A DNA stretch of 64,000 nt from Zygnema circumcarinatum SAG 698-1b (lineage: Eukaryota; Plantae; Zygnematophyceae), in contig CM074808.1 in NCBI GenBank assembly GCA_037447605.1, forward strand, positions 3,100,001-3,164,000, given 5' to 3'. Position 1 is the stretch's first letter, and every line of letters starts with the position of its first letter. Of the stretch, positions 1 through 9,798 are shown one piece after another. The notes under the pieces are model-generated. The model was not told where the DNA came from and searched no databases. It worked only from the letters and a program-made list of their open reading frames with translations. The translations under genes and the position numbers were made by a program.

Positions 1-7
1 TCTGCAG

Positions 8-570
8 ATCATGGTGGTGGACGATAACATGATCAACCGGCTGGTGACAAAACGCCTCTTGGAGAGCATAGGCAGCAGCACAAAGGTGGTGGACTCTGGG
101 AAGGAGTGTCTGCGGCTGCTGAAGGAGCGGTCAGATGAGGAGGACCCATATGATGTCCTCCTCCTTGACCTCATGATGCCGGAGGTTGACTTTTTTCCTT
201 TCCCACTTGCTGTTGCCTCGTTAGTCTCTTACATTGATGTGATGAAGATTCTGCTTGTGATCGATAACCGAAGATTTTGTTAATGAACGCAGAAGTATGA
301 TACCGTGTGTCGGTGTCCTGTTGTGGGCTAAGCAGAGTTGGGTTGTACATGGTGCTGCAGATGGATGGATACACTACGGCGAAGAAAATTCTGGAGGAAG
401 TTCCCGAAAAGAACCGGCCTGTCATAGTTGCCCTTACTGCAAATGCAGACGAAACCACGAAGGAACGATGTTTAGAGCACGGAATGGTGGGAATGATCAC
501 GAAGCCCATCTCTCTCAACCCTCTTCGTGACATTCTCGGGAAGATGTTGGACAGCAATGCAAGGAAGTGA
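8..570 (+). CDS. 3' end (receiver domain) of an ethylene-receptor-like hybrid histidine kinase; 5' part lies outside the window
   Basis: Exon 8-184 (after ctgcag), GT-AG intron 185-360, exon 361-570. Spliced protein IMVVDDNMINRLVTKRLL...DVLLLDLMMPE|MDGY...VIVALTANADETTKERCLEHGMVGMITKPISL is a CheY-like receiver with acidic pocket, Asp, Thr and Lys intact. It resembles the ETR1 C-terminal receiver from memory; other hybrid kinases cannot be excluded. Confidence 0.75.
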
Positions 571-1452
571 GGAGCCAAACCCGGAAAAGCACGGGGAAAA
601 CAAAATTAAATAAATGTGACTTGTTGTTCTGCTAGAATAGGACTTGTTTAGGAACTTAAATCAGCTAAAACAAATATGGTTCTCGCCACGTAGCCGTGGA
701 GGGGGGGCTCCGGCAGAGTAGGTATTGGCTCTGGGGAATTGGAGAACAAAATGCAGAAAGAGGCAACTTGGTAGGTATGCAGGTGGAAGAGGGTTCGCTA
801 GGGTTACTGGTGTATGTTAGGACCAAAGGCATGAAAGGACGGGCGATTTGTGGTCTCTCCCTCTCCCTCTCCCTCTCGCTCCACCCCCATCGCTCCCCTT
901 CTCCTCCCCACCCCCCACCACCCCCACCCCTACCCTCGCCCAGCCCCTACCCTCGCTCCTCTCCACTCCTTCCCCTCGTTTCAAAATTTTGAATTTTGAA
1001 AGCCTTCAAAAAAACTCGAAAACAGACAAGGTCTTTCATGGACTTCGTGTCGGCATCACCAGTTAAGCAGCTGGAGCATCCGAGTCTGCTGAAGCATGGC
1101 ACGAATTATAATGGACGCTTAATCAGATGGAAGTGTCAACGGTCACATGTATGTACACGCGCCAAGAAAGTGAAGCGCTTGTCACTACAACTCACAAAGC
1201 GACTCCTTCCCCACATCAAATAACGAGACCATTAACGCGCCTATTCCTTCCACAGAACTGGACAGCAGCAGTACTTCCCCGCCCCTTTTTCTACTTCACA
1301 TCCTATCCCTCTTTCTGCGTCACCTCTCCAAACCAACCCTCAGCCACGCCTATCAACACTTCAACTGTACAATGCAACCGACCAGCCTCAAACCCTGATC
1401 TGAAATCCTAATCCCAGACCCTCAGTCTGAACCCTAACAGCCCTGCCTGAGT

Positions 1453-1728
1453 CTATGGCTCCCCCCCCCTCCCCTCCTGCCCTTGCACCCCGTACCGCCT
1501 CCGCAGCGTGCGGTACTTGTGGAGCCGTGCGAGCGCCTGGAGCTCCCTCACCACGTGCTCGCCCCGCTGCAGGGCGGCGACACGTGGCGCCTCCCCGTCC
1601 TCCAGCGGCCGCCGGAAGGCCTCCTTGGCCCGCCGCCGGACCTCCGCCAGGCCGCCCGCCCCGGGGTACTGCCGCCCGGCCAGGAGCAGCCGCTTGTACA
1701 GCTGGCGGGCCGCGGGGCTCAGCGCCAT
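1453..1728 (-). CDS. LYRM5: LYR-motif mitochondrial protein, LYRM5/ETFRF1-like (91 aa, intronless)
   Basis: gccATGg start at 1728, TAG at 1453-1455. MALSPAARQLYKRLLLAGRQYP...AKEAFR...RGEHVVRELQALARLHKYRTLRRRY has the LYK motif, downstream Phe and the ETFRF1-type GE.V.REL.AL..L.KYR..RRY tail. Confidence 0.8.
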   Translation of the reverse strand: MALSPAARQLYKRLLLAGRQYPGAGGLAEVRRRAKEAFRRPLEDGEAPRVAALQRGEHVVRELQALARLHKYRTLRRRYGVQGQEGRGGEP

Positions 1729-1965
1729 GGCCGGGGTGCGCGACACGTGGCGTTCAGCGTGGACGAGGAAGGAGAGGGCGCTTGGGAAGCCGACACGTGG
1801 CGGTCGGTGGCGGAACGTCGGGGGGAAACCCGGAAAAGGCTTTCCATGAGGTCTCTCAGGCGACAAAATCAGTTCGCCGTTTTACGGAGCGGGAACGAAG
1901 CAGATTCCAGAGGAGGGACCCGATTTGCTTTTTTTCCTCTTTGAAGGATTTTGATCTTTAAAATT

Positions 1966-2916
1966 GGGTAGTGATATTTCCACCCCTTTTTTGGATCCAA
2001 ACACCCCTTCCCGGCCGGGCAGATTTCAAAAAGGATTAAAAACGGAAAATGCCTTTTTCACACCTTTTTGGAATCGATACCCACCCTCCATCGGCAGATT
2101 TTATTTTTGCGAAACAAGGAAAATGATAACCCGTCACCCCATTTTGAATATCCCGCCTACCTGAATTTTTTTTCACGCGTGCGGTCAATCGCAGCCGTCG
2201 ATTCCCTCGCAGATCGCAACACGGCAGATCATCATTTGATCTGCAGCCGGGCTCGGTCACAGCGAATGGCACGTGCCCACGTATCCCGCCAAAGTCACCT
2301 CAAAAGTTTGTCCGTACAAATGTCGTACGGTCGCAACTTTGAGGAGCCCAAAATTTCGTACATTGAGAGCTTGGACAAATCAAAATTTTCTACGTCAAAA
2401 ATGTAACACGTGGCAGCTGTTGATTGGCTGGGAGCTAACAATGACGAGATCTTGGGCCGAGGGACGCGCGCACTCGCACGTGCGATCCGGCTTTGACGGG
2501 ACTCGTGGGCGCTTTCCATTCGCTAAGATCGAGCCCGGCTGCAGATCGAACGGTGACCTGCAGTGGTGCGATCCTCGAGGAAATTGACAGCTGCGATTGA
2601 CACACACGTGTGAAGGACGGACACCCGCGAATGATCTCGTGGCGGACGGATCTTCAACTTCGAGCGGATTCGGGCTGGCAGATATTTCTTTCCCTCACAA
2701 AAAAAAAATTCAGGGAGGCGGGATACAGTATTCAAAATGCAGTGACGGGGTATCATTTTCCTTGGTTAGCAAAAATAGAATCAGCCGACGGAAGAAGGTG
2801 GGTATCGATTCCAAAAAGGTGTGAAAAAAGCATTTTCCGTTTTGAATCCCTTTTGAAATCTGCCCGGCCGGGAAGGGGTGTTTGGATCCAAAAAAGGGGT
2901 GGAAATATCACTACCC
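1966..2916. mobile_element. Non-autonomous long-TIR DNA transposon (Mutator/foldback-like), 951 bp
   Basis: Starts GGGTAGTGATATTTCCACCCC and ends with the reverse complement. Arms pair over about 1966-2172 vs 2699-2916 and again about 2173-2278 vs 2508-2612, with an extra ~85 bp in the right arm. An identical 8-bp TSD TTAAAATT sits at 1958-1965 and 2917-2924. No transposase ORF. Confidence 0.85.
2376..2427. promoter_or_regulatory. CCAAT/ACGT dyad element inside the transposon core (degenerate left half)
   Basis: CAAAT-N9-CTACGT-N12-ACGTGG-N9-ATTGG; the right half is a perfect inverted CCAAT-N9-CCACG. Confidence 0.5.
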
Positions 2917-3782
2917 TTAAAATTTCAGCCCGGCCATTTCCGCAGCCCATCAATTTTTTTGGCAGTTTGCGGGGGAGGCGCATCTAGGCGGGGGAGTCGT
3001 TCAAGACGAGGCCTGATGACGTCATTGAGCCATTATTTTCGCGTTTGTCGTTTTGTTCATTCGCATTGTCAACGGCCAGCGGCCGATCCGGCCCGGGCCG
3101 TGTCGGTGTCGCTTGTCGTCTTGCGCGCGCCTGCCGCGGCCGGGGCGCCGCTGCCTGCAGAGACGGCCGGGCCGCCAGATCGACGTTGAGATGCGGCGGT
3201 CTTGCGGGCGGGATCATCGTGGCCGTTCATCGTCCCGCCAAGCAGGGCGGACAAGGACGGCGTCCCTGCTGGGGAGGACCCGTGTGAACGGGTCCCAAGG
3301 TCTCTTGGTACAAATCCGCAATTAAATTCTAAAAATGTGCTGAAAAATTCCGGGCCGAAAAAAGAGAAGGAGCTCGCCCGCCCGCATGCCCCCTGCTGAC
3401 GTCAGCGAGCGCGCATCCCGAGGCCGCGTGCCGCGTGCGGCCAAGCCCCGCGCGGGCCGTTGGGAGATCCGCCGCCCGACACATGCCTTTTGTCGAGTAG
3501 CGAAAGTCAACGTGCACGGGCCGGGAGGCATGTTCGCGCTTTCCAAGTGGCGCAACTGCCAGCACAAATATCACACCGACTATCCGAGCTGGCGCGCAGC
3601 CCGCGCTTCACGGCGGGACGCGGGCGGCCGTCTGGTCGGTGTCGGTACGGACGGGCAGATTCGGGCACGCGGACGTTGGAATTGCGCCACGTGCGCAATC
3701 TGACTGGTCCACGTGTCCACGGCAGGTGTTCAGCCTCCGTAAAGCGCCCCTCCCAGATGTGCCCGGCGTCACGTGGTGCACC

Positions 3783-3802
3783 ACGTGGCAGGCACCGATT
3801 GG
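3783..3802 (-). promoter_or_regulatory. ERSE-like half-site (CCAAT-N9-CCACG on minus strand)
   Basis: ACGTGG-N9-ATTGG about 70 bp upstream of the ATG at 3870, among other CACGTG boxes at about 3688, 3710 and 3770. Confidence 0.5.
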
Positions 3803-3869
3803 CTGCGGCCAGCCCGACCGAGACCCTCAGAGCCCTCAGAGCTGGGAGGCTCCGTTCACGCTGCAGTCC

Positions 3870-6443
3870 ATGGCGGCGGAGGCGGGGAGGGGGAGAGGAA
3901 GGGGGAGGGGGAAGGTGGGGAAGGTGGGGCAGGAGGCGGCCATGGCCATGGCGGCCAACAACTCGCCTCCCGAGGACCCGGGCCAGAGCACGCACGGCAG
4001 GTGAGAGCGGGCCGATAACTTCACGTAGTTCACAAACTGCGGGGGGGCAGTGACGATGGGTCCTTCCTTAGCTTACTTTTATGTGTTTAAGGCCACTGAT
4101 GTTTCCTTGGATATTTCGATAACTGCTGCGAAATATAAGGCTGAATGAAAACTAAATGAAAAAAATAGTGACTTGCAGTCCTGTAATGTGAAGCTGCCCT
4201 GCAACCGGTGAGAGGCAGGTCCGGCCAAGCACCCGCAGTTCCAGGTTCTATGTATCCACCCCGTTTCGCGCAACGGACTAACGGAATCTCCCCGTTCCAT
4301 GTCCGCAGTCCGTCACTGCCTCTGCTGGCCCTCTCCCGCCATGGAGCGAGCAGGCGCCTCAATTTCGATAATTCTGAAAACTTTCGGCCTCTGAAGGCTC
4401 AGCGGCTTCAGCCGGTGCTGGACTTGTGGAGCCTCGCGCTGCAAGGCGGCCATGGCTGCCACGTGGCGCCCTCCCCTCCTCCCTCTGTCTCGTTTACAGC
4501 AACGCCTCTCACTAGTGAAGTTACCCGGGAATGTTGGCGGTGGCAGGAGGGGCAGGAGGGGCTGCAGAGGGGGGGAGAGCGGGGGAAGGAAAGGTCCGAG
4601 GGGGAGAGAAATGGGTGGGAAATTTTGATAGAAGGGAGAGTGATGGGAGAGAGAGAGCGGAGGGCGGGAAAAGACGTACTGGAGCTGGTTAAAAGCGACT
4701 ACATGTTGAATGCTGATTGGGAGAGGAAGGCAGAGATGAGTAAGGGGAGGAAGGGAGAGAGGAAAAGAGAGGGAGAGAGGGGGAGAGAGAGGGAGAGGAA
4801 AAGTGAAGGTGCGTTTTTGTCCCCTGAGAAGTCAGTGAGGGCGCCGGCGATGCCAAGTCGAGACTCAGCCTTTCGAGTACCGCGGCCGGTGGGGAAGAGG
4901 GGACACGTGGCAGCGGGGAGTCAGAATTGTAATCAGAATCAGGGTCGAGGAGCGCTTTCGGAGAGCAGGGATGCGTGCCACGTGGCAGCAGGAGAGGCGG
5001 GGGGGATCAGCCTACGGTGTGAGGAGCGGCTGAGCGCGGAGAGGGAGGAGGAGGCGGCGAAGGCCCGGCCGCCATGGCTGCAGAGCTCCAAGTCACAGAG
5101 GGCAGCGAAGGCGGAACTGCTCCCAGACTTGAACGTGGAGCCGCAGGAGGGGGGAGAGTTGAGGTCTGCGGCGGGGACGGAGGGCTGCGTGGGAGTGAAC
5201 GTGCTTAGGGAGGGAAACGACTTTAACGTGTTTGCGCTCGTGCCTGGTGCGTACATGCATATGGGTGTGTGTGGCTGTGTGTTTCAATTGCTTTGGAAGG
5301 AAAAGGGAGGAGAAAAAACAAACAGAGATATTGAAATATTTTCACGAGTGTCTCGACTCCATGGGACTGCATGGCGTCTGAGAGAGTTTGGTCTTGGGTG
5401 CAGGCTTGCTCCCGTCGGAGTTGACCGTGAAATGTGATCCTGTCGGCAAACTGTTCATCGAGGGAATTCCGAGTGATCGGAACAACTTCTTCGGCCTTCA
5501 CCCATTCAGTAAGGTTGAACCCACAACGACCCACCTCCTTGTCTTTCCCTCGCCTCTTACAGCCAAGAGCGATCCCTCCTCTTCGTGGCCATGCTTTGCA
5601 GCCATCTTCTTCTATTCTTCTTCTCCTTGCAGCAGGCGATAAAGCTCTCCATCCCTTCATCTTCATCTTCATCTTCATCTTCACCTTCACCTTCATCGTC
5701 ATCTTCATCTTCATCTTCATCTTCATCTTCACCTTCACCTTCATCGTCATCTTCATCTTCACCTTCATCTTCATCTTCATCTTCACCTTCATCTTCACCT
5801 TCACCTTCATCTTCATCTTCATCTTCATCTTCACCTTCATCTTCATCTTCATCTTCATCTTCATCTTCATCTTCATCTTCATCTTCACCTTCATCTTCAT
5901 TCTTCATCTTCATCTTCATCTTCATCTTCATCCTTCACCTTCATCGTCATCTTCATCTTCACCTTCATCTTCATCTTCATCTTCACCTTCATCTTCACCT
6001 TCATCTTCATCTTCATCTTCATCTTCATCTTCATCTTCATCTTCATCTTCATCTTCATCTTCATCTTCATCTTCATCTTCATCTTCATCTTCATCTTCAT
6101 CTTCATCTTCATCTTCACCTTCACCTTCATCGTCATCTTCATCTTCACCTTCATCTTCATCTTCATCTTCACCTTCATCTTCACCTTCACCTTCATCTTC
6201 ATCTTCATCTTCATCTTCATCTTCATCTTCATCTTCATCTTCATCTTCATCTTCATCTTCATCTTCATCTTCATCTTCATCTTCATCTTCATCTTCATCT
6301 TCACCTTCACCTTCATCGTCATCTTGCTGGCGGGGGAGTTGGCGGTGCAGGAGGTGGCCCTGCCCGGGCCCGTGGATCCGGCGAAATCGACGGCTCTCCT
6401 CGCGTACCACGGCCAGCTCTTCATCCGCGTGCCCGCCGCATGA
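3870..6443 (+). CDS. Alpha-crystallin/HSP20-like domain protein (C-terminal domain of the type found in plant ARID-ACD proteins) with a long disordered N-terminus
   Basis: Model: 3870-4000 (tentative), 4219-5246, 5404-5513, 6351-6443, all GT-AG and phase-consistent. The C-terminus NDFNVFALVPG|LLPSELTVKCDPVGKLFIEGIP...FFGLHPFSK|EVALPGPVDPAKSTALLAYHGQLFIRVP matches the ARID-associated ACD pattern. The last three exons are well supported; the start codon is uncertain (3870 or 4250). Confidence 0.7.
5656..6325 (+). repeat. Intronic hexamer tandem array (TCATCT)n with TCACCT/TCATCG variants, ~110 units
   Basis: Directly visible; lies entirely inside intron 5514-6350. Two 1-bp insertions near 5900 and 5932 break the phase. 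Confidence 0.95.
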
Positions 6444-7083
6444 GGCCGCCGCTAGCCATGTTTTTGTTTGCGCTCCTTCTATACAATTTTTCCCTCCCGT
6501 GGCAATGGCTTCATCTGGTACAGATGGGGCTGTTGCCATGCGAGGCCGTTGGGGTATGTGGGGCGTTGAGGGAACGTGCTCGTGGCTGGATCGACTGTAG
6601 TAAGCCATAAAGTGAGGTTATGGTTCTTTTAAGTTTGTTTCGAGTCATTCTTGCAAGCACAGGACGCAATGTTAATGGGTTATAACTTCGAGTTGCGCGT
6701 CATCAGAGAGGAGACCTGCAGACGATGACTATGAATTTGTAATCTTCAAAAGTGTGTAATGTTTGCACGGTTGAACCGATTGGCAATTGCACTGTGCGCC
6801 GATTTGATTGAAGCATTTCCCCCTCGGATGCTGCTCTCGTCTGGTTGTTGGGCATTGTCGCCATTGTGCGCTTCGAAACATTCATACAAGTCTTGCAAAC
6901 AGGCCGGCGGCCCACCTCAATGACGGTGTTCAGGTCCCGAGGCTCTGGCTGGTGCCACAATGCTGCTGGTTGGTCGCACAATGCCTTGTTGGCGCACGCA
7001 TGCACGCACGCACGCGCGAGGGCCCAATGGCAAACCGCAAACTGCAAACCATCGCGCCGGTTTGCTCCCGCGGGTTTTTACAT

Positions 7084-7174
7084 GCCACGTGGCGCCGTCT
7101 GCCAAGTGCCGTGCATGTCCGTCACGTGGACGCCTCTCCCGTAGCCTCCCTGCCCCCTTCCGTTGCCACGTGGC
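7084..7174. promoter_or_regulatory. G-box/ABRE cluster upstream of OBAP
   Basis: GCCACGTGGC at 7084-7093 and 7165-7174, CACGTGG at 7123-7129, and an RY-like CATGCA near 7008, all within about 350 bp of the start codon. Confidence 0.45.
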
Positions 7175-7359
7175 ACCCTCCCCCTCCCCGCATGCCGCCA
7201 TGGCGGGCGAGCTCCGCCGCATGGGCAGGGACCCTCGGAACATGCGGACGCTGCTTGCTTCTTCTCATCTTTGTGCCATCGAGGATTGCGAGGAATGTAA
7301 GCTGCGAGTGAGGGGGAGGGAGGGAGAGGGATAGTGCAGGAGCAAGGCCGCGGGGACGT

Positions 7360-8846
7360 ATGAGCAGTGGGCCTGGCTGGAGGTATATTTTGACTGCGGG
7401 AGTTGTTGGAACCGCGGCTCTCTTTGTGTTCTCGTCCACTCCGCGCGTGAAGGAGAAGCGGGCGGCCATGGCTTCCAGTACGCCTGCAGCTGCAGCCCGC
7501 CCAGAGGATGTGCCCGGGGAAAAGAAGCAGCTGTCTACGTCAGCGCTTGAAGTGGGAGCGGGAACTATGCAGAGGATGGAGCCTATCAGGCAGATTGGAC
7601 AGCACCTCTGCGGGTATGTTGTCGTTTGTTGGTTGGTCGCATTTTTTGGGGAAGCTTTTCTGACATTTGATCAGGAACATGAAGGTTAGTGGTCAGGTAG
7701 ATTGAATGAAGCTGTGGAGGTTTCAGTTTGAAATGTAAGGGCTCGATACTCGAGTGTCAGTCCTTTCACCGAATATTGTTTCAAGATTAGCATGAATTTG
7801 TTGAAGCTGTCATTCCATGCTGGATTGCAGAGATGTGGACGAATTTGCTCCTATTCGATCATTTGACAGTTTTGGAAGCAATAGTTCTGCGATGATTCTG
7901 CTTGTTTCAAGTGTCCCCTCGTCTATCATTGGGGATGTTTGATTGGAAAGACTGCTTTTGATTGCTTTTAAAAGACTTGATCGGTAAACTTCCTACGGAT
8001 CGTTCCCTTGGAAGTATTATCAAGCTCCAAAACATTGCAGCAGCCCGACTGGTTTATCTTGTTCCTCTTATGACTTTTTCCCACCCGGTGCAGAATGCAC
8101 TTCTACAATCATGACATGACGCGTCAAGTGGAGGCCCATCACTTCTGCTCTCATCTCAACGAAGACGTTCGCCAGTGCGTCATCTACGACAGCGAAAAAG
8201 CAAACGCGCGCCTTATTGGTGTCGAGTTCATTGTTTCAGAGAAGCTTTTCAAAACTTTCCCTCCCGAAGAGAGGCAGCTTTGGCACTCGCACGAGTACGA
8301 GGTGAAGAGCGGTCTCCTGTTTTGCCCGCACCTTCCTGCAGCGGCGGAGCATCCAGTCATGGAAAAGCTGGTCAATACCTTCGGCAAAACGTGGCACTTT
8401 TGGCAGTTTGACAGAGGTGACCCGCTGCCTTTTGGAGTGCCACAGTTGATGGCGGCCTTTACGGAGGACGGTCAGGCTGATCCGCTCGTTGTGAAGGGTA
8501 CGTTTTTTCTCACAACATGTTAATCTTCTCGTTTCAGAATTTTTGTTTTTTTTCTTTTCTTTTCCACAGAAGCGAGAGCACTGCAAGCTTTACGACTTGC
8601 AATGGCATTTGAAGCGGCTGCTGTTCTGAACTTTTATTGATCGACGTGACAGGGATCGAAGAGGGGTTCAACATAAGCATGCGAGACAAGAAGGAAAGTC
8701 GCAAAGATATCAAGCATTCAGGTTACACCGACGAGTACGCGGACTACTGGCAGAAGAAGGACAAGGGCCTCGTCCTCGAGATGCACGAAACTGAGCTCAA
8801 GAAAGTGCCCATGGCGGCTTCACCTTCAGCAGCTCCCATTCCTTGA
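7360..8846 (+). CDS. OBAP: Oil body-associated protein (DUF1264), OBAP2-like
   Basis: Exons 7360(or 7468)-7613, 8094-8497, 8653-8846. HLCG|[33 protein letters not shown]...[10 protein letters not shown]...[12 protein letters not shown]...[23 protein letters not shown] is the DUF1264 signature. The C-terminal [10 protein letters not shown] motif is OBAP2-like. Confidence 0.9.
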
Positions 8847-9798
8847 AGACTCGCCCAGCACACAACTGTCCGCTTCATCTGTTTTGGAAACGTAGGCCAT
8901 CAGCGCCGTCGCTAGCATTCGAGCAATTACGAGCAGTGCCTCTGCTCACTCATCGGCAGAGGACTGTTGCAGATGTACATAGTTGCGAGCTGTAAAGTCT
9001 GTTGCAGCACGCTTTGTCCGGGACATCCCTGTACAACTTGGTGTGAGAGTGAGATTTTCTGGTCGACTGCTTGACCAATAAGTTGACCAATAAGGCGTTC
9101 TTTGTTGACTCCACATGAGATTGTTGCTTGCCGGATATGTGGCCGTGATGCGATGCATGGTAATGCCATGCCGACAGCAGTGTGGGAAGGTGAGCAGCTC
9201 GCACTGTGACGTGGCCGTCCTGCAGTGCTCGCCCCCACGGTCCAAAGGGCAATGCATCTGGGAAGTGGTCGTCTTTTTGCAATGGAATGGCGGCTTAAAG
9301 ATGGCGGATGAGAGGGTTCGGTAAATCAGTCAAAAGCACACAATGATCAATGGGCGGAGTTGTGCTTGTCTCCGCCCGCTTTCACGCTTGGATTTTACAA
9401 AAGGCTTAAAAAAGAAACAAGGCTTCAAAGACAGTGTTGGAAGCTGCAGGTCCGCTTTCCAACCCGGTTAAAAAGGTCTGGAGAGATCTGAGACATGGCA
9501 AGAAAATCACAACGATCCATACGCACTCACTTTGACAATGTAGTTCGACTTCTTACATATAAACAAGCAGGAACCGCAAAGCATCTACATTCCTGCTGAC
9601 TTAGCTAATTTTTTTATGCGCTGACCATTGCGGTCGGTTTCGACTTATTATGGATACAATACGTGTACATGTTCCCTTCTCAACATACATCGCGCTTTTG
9701 CGCTAACCATCCCCTAGAAAGAATAATACCGTGATACCTTTACATGTGATTCCTTCATGAGCAGCACAACGCTGCGCCACTCCTTTCTCAGCTTCTCT

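Noticed and set aside
2984-3700. Several 60-105-aa GC-rich ORFs, one with PHLNVDL resembling an EAR motif
   Set aside because: Promoter-like GC-rich sequence with overlapping ORFs on both strands, no splice or family support.
5223-6610. Long ORFs of poly-MK, poly-ED, poly-FI, poly-HL and poly-S
   Set aside because: They are frames of the intronic (TCATCT)n array, which has no stops in any frame; the real exons flank it.
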